Assembly: GCA_030390025.1 (NCBI GenBank)
Contig: CM059431.1
Span: 137,642,001-137,706,000 of the forward strand
DNA length: 64,000 nt
Source of the DNA: Squalus acanthias
Lineage: Eukaryota
Direction of reading: 5' to 3'
Part shown: one piece after another, positions 1 through 10,300 of the stretch
Layout of the letters: each line of letters opens with the position of its first letter
Position numbering within the stretch: the first letter of the stretch is position 1
Notes under the pieces: model-generated
Seen by the model: the letters and a program-made list of their open reading frames with translations, nothing else
Told to the model about the DNA's origin: nothing
Database searches by the model: none
Made by a program: the position numbers and the translations under genes

Positions 1-438
1 CCACAGCAAGGAAGATGGCCGATTTGAAATATTTCTCCGTTTTGTTGCTGGTCTCTCCTCCCCACAGGCAGCTCGGCCCCTGGAGGAGTTTCTGGGTCCA
101 TTTCTTCATCAAACCACCTGCCGAGTGATTGATTGGGTGAAGGAGAAGATTGAAGACCAGATTGGAAACACATCGAGTGAAACTGGTAAAAGGAACCTCC
201 TGAACACATTCCACTATCTGTTTGAGTCTCAGAATGCAGCACTCGCTCGGGCCACAGTGGGATCTGTGAAGAAAATTAGATTTAGTGGATTGCGACTGAC
301 CCCGATTGATTGTGCGGTCCTGTCTCATGTCATTGGACTCTGTGATACAATAAAAATGCTCGATCTCGGGATTTTTTCCATTCAGTGTGAAGGACTCCAG
401 CGGCTGGGACCCGTACTGCACAAATGCCAGGAGTTGAG
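1..438 (+). CDS. NLR (NACHT-LRR, NLRP3/NLRC3-like) gene: 3' part of the large NACHT/HD2 exon, runs off the window start
   Basis: Frame 2 is open from base 2: HSKEDGRFEIFLRFVAGLSSPQAARPLEEFLGPF...LLNTFHYLFESQN...LTPIDCAVLSHVI...LQRLGPVLHKCQEL. This resembles the NLR helical domain and first LRR. Donor AG|GTAACT at 438/439, phase 2. Confidence 0.9.
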
Positions 439-1586
439 GTAACTGTTTATTTGTCTCTAACTGTTGGTCGAATTGTCGAACACTCACGGATTGTGTTGTT
501 GCTCTGTAATGAAGGGAAACAAACAGTTCAGTTAAACCAGAGAGAAGCAGATTCAACACAAATATGACCAATACAAGAGGATCGGTTAGTAATTCCCTAA
601 GGACTGGAGTATATAACATGTATGCTTGTGAACAATTAGGGATTTTACAGCCTTTATCGGATCAGCAAATACAGGTCACTGAGATTCTGATAATTTAATT
701 AGACTAAATCAGATGTATTGCTATTTTTCACTACCTAAGATACCTCCATTGACTAGACTCGTTTTCATTATTACATGTACGTAATTGCAGCAGTCCTTGT
801 GTCAGATCATCTCACGCTCTTCCCGAGGTGTAGGGGCAAGTGACAGTCACCGGAATGTCAACGCGTGTAGGAGAGGGGAGCAGAAACAGCAAATATTGAG
901 TAACAAAGAGCAAAGCACAGCTTTCGGGCAGTGACCCGCCAGTGGGCGAGCGGAGCGTTCCCCGCAGGACGTCAGTATGTTATCTTAACTCCTCAATGAC
1001 ACCGCCCTGCACACTCTCCAATACATCCGTCATCTCTTCGCCCAGCTGGCAACAATCGCGCCTCTGTGTCAGAGGGTCGTGAATTCTGGCCCCACGCTCC
1101 GAATGCAGGCCAAAACTTCAGTGACATTTGGGAGCTAAAATCTCTGCTAAAAAGGTTCCAATCTAATGGGTTGTGGGGTATGAGTCCCGGAGTAAAGACA
1201 CACACCGGCCAGCGGTGGGGCCTCGCACACAGCGGGCGGCTGCTGGGTAAACCGGGGGCAGTGAACCCGGGAATTCCCCATAATCCGCCCCCTGTGTGTG
1301 AGGACCCGCTTGGGGAGGGAACTTCCGAAATTCCCCAAAATCTGTCGGGCCAGTTACAACTGAAATAAATGTAGAGCCAGTTTTTTGGGAAATAAAGTGA
1401 GAGACTCCCCTCCCCTATAAACTAGGAGCACAGGGAGATTTAACACTTGTAACGGGACAGAATAAACTCTCCTTGTTACATAAAATCCTGGGGGACATTA
1501 CAGCAGCAGTCAGCTTCGTTTCACAATATAACTCACAACGAGATATTATACAGATTAATATAATGCACAGAGTATAAAGTAAAGGG

Positions 1587-2843
1587 AATCATAGAATAGA
1601 ATCTTAGAATCATAGAAAGTTACATCATTGAAGGAGGCCAATTCGGATAATCGTGTCCGCGCCGGCCAACAAAGAGCTATCCAGCCTAATCCCACTTCCC
1701 AGCTCTTGCTCCGTTGGCCAGCAGGTTAGAGCATCCCAAGTGCACATCCAAGTAATTTTTAAATGTGGTGAGGGTTCCTGCCTCTACCATCCTTTCAGGC
1801 AGTGAATTCCAGACCCCCACAACCCTCTGGGTGAAGATATTTCCCCTCACAATCCCTCTAAACCTTCCACTAATTACATTAAATCTGGGCCTCTTGGTTT
1901 TTCGCCCTTCTGCTAAGGGGAATAGGTCCTTTGTATCCATTTTATCTAGGCCCCTCATAATTTTATACACCTCAATAAGGTCTCCCCTCAACCTCCTCTG
2001 TTCCAAGGAAAACAGACACAGCCTATCCAGTCTTTCCTCATAGCTAAAATGCTCTACTTCCGGCAACATCCTTGTAAATCTCCTCTGTTACCTCTCTCGT
2101 GCAATCACATCTTTCCAGTAATGTGGTGACCAGAACTGCACGCAGTACTCTAGCTGAGGCCTAACTAGTGTTTTACACAGTTGAAGCATAACGCCCCTGC
2201 TCTTGTATTCTATGCCACGGCTAATAAAAGCAAGCATTCCGTATGCCTTCTTAACCACCTTATCTACCTGGCCTGCTACCTTCAGGGATCTGTGGACATG
2301 CACTCCAAGGTCCCTTTGTTCCTCTATACTGCTCAAGTGTCCTACCATTTATTGTGTATTCCATTTCCTTGTTAGCGCTCCCGAAATGCAGTACCTCACA
2401 CTTCTCCTGATTGAATTCCATTTGCCACTGTTCTGCCCACCTGACCAATTTATTGATATATTCCTGCAGTCTGCAGCTTCATTCTTCAGTATCATCCACA
2501 CAGCCGATTTTAGTATCACCTGCAAACTTCTTAACCATACCCCCTATATTCAAGTCAAGATCGTTGATATGTAGCACAAAAAGCAAAGGACCCAGTACTG
2601 AGCCCTGCGGAACCCCATTGGAATAGGCGTTCCAGTCAAAAAACCACCCATCAACCATTACCCTCTGCTTTCTGTCTCCGAGCCAGTTTTGAATCCATTT
2701 TACACTTTGGCCTGGATCCCATGGGCTTTTAACTTCGTGACCAGTCTGCCATGTAAAACCTTATCAAAAACCTTGCTGAACTCCATATATACTATATGAA
2801 ATGCACTACCCTCATCTACCCTCCTTGTTACCTCCTCAAAAAA
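1587..2843 (-). mobile_element. 5'-truncated CR1 LINE in the NLR intron, antisense to the gene
   Basis: Minus-strand ORFs 1686-2069, 2088-2348 and 2260-2448 give CR1 RT C-terminal motifs (LVRPQLEYCVQFWSP, YEERLDRL, FTQRVV..WNSLP). (ATAGAATC)-like tail repeats at ~1587-1615. Confidence 0.9.
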
Positions 2844-3236
2844 ATCACCCTGTATAATTTAATTCCGGGAAAATCGCCCCATTCCCATAAAATCCGGCAT
2901 TTAAGGAGCAGCAGTAATGAGACTTGTTTCTCCAAACATGACGGGGCCGGTCACTGAGCTCCAGGAGGTTAATCATCGGGAAATGAGACCTGACTGATGG
3001 ACATTTAAAGGCTTCACACAGACAGCACGTTATTTAATAAATTCATTTACTGACCGTCCTTGAATATATGGGGAGTTGGACAGAGTGTTATTCATTGTCA
3101 GTGACAGGAAAATCTGGTTTTAAATTTCCTGAAGTTTATTCTCTGTTTCCTGTAATATCCGGAAGAGTAAAAACATCTAAATGAACCGGGGTTTGATTCA
3201 GTTTCTTTCTCTCACTCTCTGTCTGTTTCTGTTTAG

Positions 3237-3323
3237 ACTGAGTTTCAATACAGTGGGAGATTCAGGAGTGAAACTACTGTCTACAGCTCTGAGTAACCCG
3301 GACTGTAAAATACAGGAACTGTG
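3237..3323 (+). CDS. NLR gene LRR exon (87 nt)
   Basis: Pyrimidine-rich acceptor ending tttag at 3236; encodes [29 protein letters not shown]; donor GTAAGT at 3324; phase 2-2. Confidence 0.9.
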
Positions 3324-3531
3324 GTAAGTACCAGACTGTGTGAGATTATGTTATAACTGGATGGCTGACACTCTACATTATTATTAGTATCTGTAATAGT
3401 GATATTAATAAACTGTACATTATCAGTAGTATATGTAATATTTTTATGAATTTTAAAATGGGATCTACCCTGATTGATTTTATTGATCTCTGCGTCTCCC
3501 CTCTCGCTTCTCTTTCTCTCCTGATCCTCAG

Positions 3532-3702
3532 GTTGGATAACAACAGTCTCATACATTCCTGTGCCGAGGATCTCGCGTCCGCTCTCTCTACAAACCATTC
3601 ACTGACGAAGCTGTACTTGAGTTATAATAAACTCGGAGATTCAGGAGTGAAACTACTGTCTGCGGCTCTGAGGAAACCGGACTGTAAAATACAGAAACTG
3701 CG
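3532..3702 (+). CDS. NLR gene LRR exon (171 nt, ribonuclease-inhibitor-type LRR pair)
   Basis: Acceptor ctcag; encodes [56 protein letters not shown]; donor GTAAAT. 171 nt is the typical NLRP-type LRR exon size. Confidence 0.92.
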
Positions 3703-3843
3703 GTAAATACCATACTGAGTGAGATTGTGTTTATAATAACTGGATGTCTGACAATGTACATTATTATGAATATCATAATAGTGTTATTCATAAACAATGG
3801 GGAAGTACACTAATTCCAAATTATTTCTCTCTTTGACGCCCAG

Positions 3844-4014
3844 GCTGGATGCTGTCGGTCTCACAGCTTCTTGTGCCGGAGATCTCGCCTCCGTTCTCAG
3901 TACAAACCTGTCACTGACGGTTCTGTCCTTACGTACTAATAAACTGGGCGATTCAGGAGTGAAACTATTGTCTGGGGCTCTGAGGAACCCGGACTGTAAA
4001 ATACAGGAACTGGA
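3844..4014 (+). CDS. NLR gene LRR exon (171 nt)
   Basis: Acceptor cccag; encodes [56 protein letters not shown]; donor GTAAGT. Confidence 0.92.
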
Positions 4015-4156
4015 GTAAGTACCAGACTGTGTGAGATTGTGTTTATAATAACTGGATGTCTGACACTGTACATTATTATTAGTATCAGTGATAGTGTTAT
4101 TAATAAACTCTGGAGATTTACTTTGATTCCGGTTATTTCTCTCTCTCTGATCCCAG

Positions 4157-4324
4157 TCTGGATAATAACGGGCTTACAGATTCTTGTACCGAAGATCTCG
4201 TTTCCGCTCTCAGTACAATTCGGTCACTGACGATGCTGTCCCTGGGATTAAACTCCTTCACAGACCGGTCTGTCCCCGCTGTCCGCCGCCTCATACTGAC
4301 CTGCGGGAGTCTGGAGAAGATCTG
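4157..4324 (+). CDS. NLR gene LRR exon (168 nt)
   Basis: Acceptor cccag; encodes LDNNGLTDSCTEDLVSALSTIRSLTMLSLGLNSFTDRSVPAVRRLILTCGSLEKIW; donor GTGAGT. Not in the ORF track; read manually. Confidence 0.9.
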
Positions 4325-4496
4325 GTGAGTGTTTGTGTTCATGCTTAATATGGTAAGTAAAATATAAATGGGATTCCGTCACTTTTATGGGTAATATTTC
4401 TCTGTAATTATTATTAAAATATTAACCCCAGTCTCCCTGTTATTTACACTGTTGTGCAAACTGTTTAATTCCTGTTTAATCTTGAATATGCTTCAG

Positions 4497-4584
4497 GCTC
4501 GCGCGGAATCAGTTCAGTTCAAAAGGAGAGAAACAGCTGAAGTCGCTGCAGGGAACAAGACGCGGACTGAGTGTGGATGTGTGA
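4497..4584 (+). CDS. NLR gene terminal coding exon
   Basis: Acceptor cttcag; in frame with the previous exon: LARNQFSSKGEKQLKSLQGTRRGLSVDV*, stop TGA at 4582-4584. Confidence 0.85.
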
Positions 4585-4771
4585 ACATTTCAATTGATGA
4601 CTATCACTGCTCTCATTATATCAACATTTTTGTCTGAATTTCTGCCGCTCCCCTTAAGCGGCCGCGCTCCGGGTTTAAATCCTATCGGACCCTTTAAGGG
4701 ATTTTCAGCTCGAGCTGAGCTAGCATCATGTCCCATTGTGACGTCAGAGACCCAGACACAGGGTCACGAGA

Positions 4772-4993
4772 TAACAACAGAAAACGCTGGAAAAACTCAG
4801 CAGGCCAGGCAGCATCCGTGGAGAGAGAAAGAGAGTTGACGTTTCAGGTCGATGACCTTTGATGAAAGGTCATCGACCTGAAACGTCAACTCTCTTTCTC
4901 TCTCCACGGATGCTGCCTGGCCTGCTGAGTTTTTCCAGCGTTTTCTGTTGTTATTTCGGATTTCCAGCATCTGCAGTATTTTGCTATCGTATT
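4772..4993 (+). mobile_element. Non-autonomous Penelope-like pLTR insertion with an inverted 5' copy (perfect hairpin)
   Basis: Perfect inverted arms 4771-4860 and 4865-4954, plus a 39-nt extension. 12-bp TSD AGGGTCACGAGA at 4760-4771 and 4994-5005. The sequence matches the 3' end of the GIY-YIG-bearing elements at 20596-21233 and 28207-29295. Confidence 0.85.
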
Positions 4994-5161
4994 AGGGTCA
5001 CGAGACTCAGCCTCCCGGCCCCACAGCGCTGCTTCTAAAGGATATCCGGGGCTGAATGTTCCCCAATGTGGCACTGGGGAAATGCACAGACAGGAAGGGC
5101 CCAGGGTGGGGCTCAGTCTGGGCTGCAGTGGGACACTGAAAATTGCACTCATTATTCCTGG

Positions 5162-6736
5162 GTGTCTCTCCCAGTGAGGAGTCAGACTCTGTAACAAGTG
5201 TCCCTGTGCACAGTGTGTGCCTCTCCCAGTGACGATTCAGACACTGTAACAAGTGTTCCTGTATACAGTGTGTGTGTCTCCCAGTGAGGACTCTGTAACA
5301 AGTGTCCCTGTGTACAGTGTGTGTCTCTCCCAGTGAGGAGTCAGACTCTGTAACAAGTGTCCCTGTGCACAGCGTGTGTCTCTCCCAGTGAGGAGTCAGA
5401 CTCTGTAACAAGTGTCCCTGTGTACAGTGTGTGTCTCTCCCAGTGAGGAGTCAGACTCTGAAACAAGTGTCCCTGTGTACAGGGTGTGTCTCTCCCAGTG
5501 AGGAGACAGACACTGTAACAAGTGTCCCTGTGTACAGTGTGTGTCTCTCCCAGTGAGGAGTCAGACTCTGTAACAAGTGTCCCTGTGTACAGTGTGTGTC
5601 TCTCCCAGTGAGGAGTCTGACTCTGTAACAAGTGTCCCTGTGTACAGTGTGTGCCTCTCCCAGTGAGGAGTCGCACTCTGTAACAAGTGTCCCTGTGTAC
5701 AGTGTGTGTCTCTCCCAGTGAGGAGTCAGACTCTGAAACAAGTGTCCCTGTGTACAGTGTGTGTCTCTCCCAGTGAGGAGTCAGACTCTGAAACAAGTGT
5801 TCCTGTGTACAGTGTGTGTCTCTCCCAGTGAGGAGTCAGACTCTGTAAGAAGTGTCCCTGTGTACAGTGTGTCTCTCCCAGTGAGGAGACACACTCTGTA
5901 ACAAGTGTCCCTTTGTACAGTGTGTGACTCTCCCAGTGAGGAATAGGACTCTGTAACAAGTGTACCTGTGTACATTGTGTGTCTCTCCCAGTGAGGAGAC
6001 ACACTCTGTAACAAGTGTCCCTGTGTACAGTGTGTGTCTCTCCCAGTGAGGAATCAGACTCTGTAACAAGTGTCCCTGTGTACAGTGTGTGTCTCTCCCA
6101 GTGAGGAGTCAGACTCTGTAACAAGTGTCCCTGTGTACAGTGTGTGTCTCTCCCAGTGAGGAGACACACTCTGTAACAAGTGTCCCTGTGTACAGTGTGT
6201 GTCTCTCCCAGTGAGGAGTCAGACTCTGTAACAAGTGTCCCTGTGTACAGTGTGTCTCTCCCAGTGAGGAGTCAGACTCTGTAACAAGTGTCCCTGTGTA
6301 CAGTGTGTGTCTCTCCCAGTGAGGAGTCAGACTCTGTAACAAGTGTCCCTGTGTACAGTGTGTGTCTCTCACAGTGAGGAATAGGACTCTGTAACAAGTG
6401 TCCCTGTGTACAGTGTGTGTCTCTCCCAGTGAGGAGTCAGACTCTGTAACAAGTGTCCCTGTGTACAGTGTGTGTCTCTCCCAGTGAGGAGTCAGACTCT
6501 GTAACAAGTGTCCCTGTGTACAGTGTGTGTCTCTCCCAATGAGGAGCCAGACTCTGTAACAAGTGTCCCTGTGTACAGTGTGCGACTCTCCCAGTGAGGA
6601 AACGAACTCTGTAACGAGTGTCCCTGTGTACAGTGTGTGTCTCTCCCAGTGAGGAGTCAGACTCTGAAACAAGTGTCCCTGTGTACAGTGTGTCTCTCTC
6701 CCAGTGAGGAGTCGCACTCACTAACAAGTGTCCCTG
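5162..6736. repeat. 55-bp minisatellite, about 29 copies
   Basis: Unit CAGTGAGGAGTCAGACTCTGTAACAAGTGTCCCTGTGTACAGTGTGTGTCTCTCC; period 55 (e.g. 5341 vs 5396). Confidence 0.97.
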
Positions 6737-7045
6737 CAACCCTCCGAGATCTCTCCTCCTCTGACCTGTTGCACATCCTCGATTTTCGTTGCTCCACATT
6801 GGCGCCATGACTTCAGTTGCCAAGGCCCCAAACTCTGGTAACTCTCCTTAAAGCTCTACGCTGCTCTACCTCTCTCTCCTCCTCCTTTTAACCTACCAGT
6901 TTTAAAACCTACCAGTTTCAACGAGCATCGGGCCATCTCTACTAAATCTACTATTTTAGCTCAGTGTCTAATTTTGTCTGCTAATTGCCTTGTGTCTTTT
7001 CATTACATTAAAGCCGCTATATAAATGCAAGTTATTGTTGTTGTC
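6737..7045 (+). mobile_element. Decayed L2-type LINE/SINE 3' end
   Basis: Similar to the 3' end of the L2 copy at ~17870-18060 (attggcgccatgacttcag..., ctcctttaa...aaaacctac). Ends ...gctatataaatgcaagttattgttgttg. Confidence 0.6.
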
Positions 7046-7184
7046 CATGTGTTGTGTTAATAAAACTCCACCGCTTACTTCAGCTCATGGCTGGTCTCCT
7101 CGTCATTTTCAATAACTGGCTTCATTGTTTTAATATATTAAATAACGGTTTCTCGAAAGTACATCCCACCTTCTCCACCTCTGG

Positions 7185-7347
7185 GGGAGGCCTCAGTCAG
7201 TCCCCTCTGTAGGAGGTCTCGGTCAGTCCCCTCTGGAGGAGGACTCGGTTGGTCCTCTCTAGACGAGGCCTCGGTCGGTCCCCTCTGAAGAAGTTCTCAT
7301 TCAGTCTCGTCAGGACGAGGCCTTGGTCAGTCCTCTCTGAAGGAGGT
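7185..7347. repeat. Short degenerate ~26-bp tandem repeat, about 6 copies
   Basis: Recurring GGAGG(C/T)CTC(A/G)GTCAGTCCCCTCTG. Confidence 0.7.
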
Positions 7348-7348
7348 C

Positions 7349-10300
7349 TGTCAATAAAAGCTGCTGTGGGATCTTTGCATTCTTTAATTCCCCTCCACTC
7401 AAATCAAGACAAGACAGGCAGGGGGGCAGTAAGAGAGACACATGCAATGAAGACAATATGGAGAATAGAAATCAAAACAGAATTTGCTGGAAATACTCAG
7501 TATGTTAGGCAGCATATCTGGAGAGAGAGAGAAACAGAGTTAATGTTTCAGGTCGATGACATTTCGTCAGAACCTTGACAGAATCTGGCGAATGGTAATC
7601 AAGATGAAATGTTAACTGTTTCTCTCTTTCCACAGATGCTGCCTGACCTGCTGAGTATTTCCAGCATTTTCTGTTTTTATTTCAGATTTCTCACATCCAC
7701 AGCATTTGCTTTTGATGCAGAATAGAAAGCCTGTATCTGTAGGCCGCAAAATGAAAAGGTAAGATACTGTAAAGTGTCTTTTTGCTTTGCAACTCCCGAA
7801 CATAGCAGAGCAATGAGAGAAATCAACTTTCTTTCATTGCTGATAGTGTTGTATGGCAATTTTGCTGGCTGGCCTGTGTGTGTATGTGTGTGCGTGTGTG
7901 TGTGTGTCTGTGAGAGAGAGTGAAAGAGGCAGAAAAAGCTACTGTATATGCAGGGCTTGACCGAGTTCAAGTTACCTGCTGTGTGTATTGGTATTACATT
8001 TCCTGTCTGAAAAATACCAGAAGCTGTACACCATTAGATAATACTGATTTAATTCCAGACTGCCATGCTGTGGGATCTTACTTTGCCTTAATGTCAAGAT
8101 TGAAAAATTCAAAGCTACATATATACATCAAGCCAATTGATTTTTTCTGGACTGGACTTTATCAAGGAATGTTTGTGGAGTGTTTCAGAGCATATCCTGT
8201 GGTGGGATCTTACTCTACCATTAAGTTCTAACCCAACCAAACCAAGTCAAGACTTTTGTAAAAACAAAGTATATATATTATATATTTTTTAAAATATTTT
8301 CAGAATGATCCATTTGATATTAGTCGGGACTGGGCTTTATTGGGAATGTGCTTCTGGTGTTTTCAGAGCAAAAGCAGTGTGGGATCATTCCATTAATGTT
8401 ATTCCATTCCATGCAAATCACAGACAGGCAGATATTTAGTTAACAAAAGTAAAGTAGATATATTATTATTTATCTCTGATTTTATTTCCTTCTTTTCACC
8501 CTCCCGGTCCTTCATTTACTCGTGGGGGTCCAGATTTCTGCGGCCTTGGCTTCACCTCTTCCTGATGGATTGTCCTCATCAAACACGGCCGCAGAGCCAG
8601 GAAGGGACATCATCAAAAATAGACACTCCCAGGCTGCACCCCTTTCAAAATGGATGTGTGTGTGAGTTTGAGTTTCTGAAAATTGCAGAGTCTGTGTGAG
8701 TGTGTTTGTCATGTTACTGTAAATTTTAGTTCAATGTGAGTTGGCGGGAGACTGTGTGAGTGGCAGACAGACAGTCAGTGAGAGCGAGAGAGACCTGAAA
8801 TCAATAGGCAAGTTGCAGAATAGAAAGCCTGATCCTATAGGCCACAAAGTGAAAAGATAAGATACAGAAAAGAGTCATTATGGTTTTCATCTTCCAACAC
8901 GGTAGTCATCCCTCTGCAGGCTGGGCAAGCTGTGAGTGTGTCTGTGAGAGAGAGAGAGGGCAAAAGCTGGTGTTTGTGTGAGATGTGGTCTGCTGTCTTC
9001 TTACCAGCTGTTGTTGTATTAAACCCATTGATTTTATTCTGGCCTGGTCCACATGTAATGCTGTTGTGTATCACTTTATTGCACTTTATTTCATTTCACT
9101 TCACTTCAAGACAGACAGTCAGTCAGTGAGATACTGAAACATGTCTTTGTGGACTGTATGACAATAAATGTTGCTCTGGGATCTTTGCATTCTTTTTATT
9201 CCACTCCACTCAAATCAAGACAAGGCTGGCAGGCTGGCAGGCAGTGCGAGAGACACATGAAATCAAGACAGATGTAGACTAGAAATAAAAACAGAAAATG
9301 CTGGAAATACTCAGTAGGTTCGGCAGCATCAGTGGAGATACAGAGAAACTGAGTAAATGTTTCAGGTCGATGACCTTTCATCATAACCTTGACAGAATCT
9401 TACAAAAGGTAATCAAGATGAAACGTTATCTCTGTTTTTCTCTCTCTCCACAGATGCTGCCTTACCTGCTGAGTATTTCCAGCATTTTCTGTTTTTATTT
9501 CAGATTTCCCACATCCACAGCATTTGCTTTTGATGCAGAATAGAAAGCCTATTTCTGTAGGCCGCAAAATGAAAAGATAAGATACTGAAAACTGTCTGTT
9601 TGCATTTAAACTGCCAAACACAGCAGAGGAATGATATAAATCAACTTTATTTCATTGCTGACAGTTTTATGTGGCAATTTTGCAGGCAGGCCTGTGTGTG
9701 TGTGTGTGTGTGTGATAGAGAGAGACAGACAGCAAAAGCTAGTGTGTATGCAGGGCTTGTCTGTGTTCAAGATATCTGCCATGTGCATTAGTACTGCATC
9801 ATACTGATTTCATTCTTAGACTGCGCTGCTGTGGGATCTTAATTTGCCTTTCTTTCAAGAATTTTGTAAAAAGCAAGGCTACATATATACTTCAAGTCAT
9901 TTGATATTCTTCTGTACTGGACTTTATAGGGGAATGTTTGTGGAGTGTTTCATGGCATATCCTGCTGTGGGATCTTACTCTCCCCTCCAGTGAAACCCAA
10001 ACAAGACAAGACTTTTGTAAAAAAAAAAGTAAATATTATATTTATTTAATTATTTTCAGAATAATCCATTTGATTTTTTTCTGGACTGGGCTGTATTGGG
10101 GTATGTGCTTGGGATGTTTTCAGAGCAAAAGCTGCTGTGCGATCTTTCCATTCATTTTATTACACACCATGCAAACCACAGACAGGCAGACATTTAGCTA
10201 ACAAATGTAAATTATATATATTATTATTTAGTCCTGATTGTATTTACTTCTTTTCACTCTCCCGGGCTTTCATTTCCTTTCAGCTAACCGGATTTCTGGG

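Noticed and set aside
1..4584. Assigning a specific gene symbol (NLRP3, NLRC3, NLRP12)
   Set aside because: The N-terminal effector domain and NACHT core are outside the window, and fish NLRs form lineage-specific expansions, so orthology cannot be read from this fragment.
5007..6823. Long minus-strand ORFs with repeating His/Cys/Thr peptides
   Set aside because: They are translations of the 55-bp minisatellite; the period is not a multiple of 3, so the same peptides cycle through all frames.
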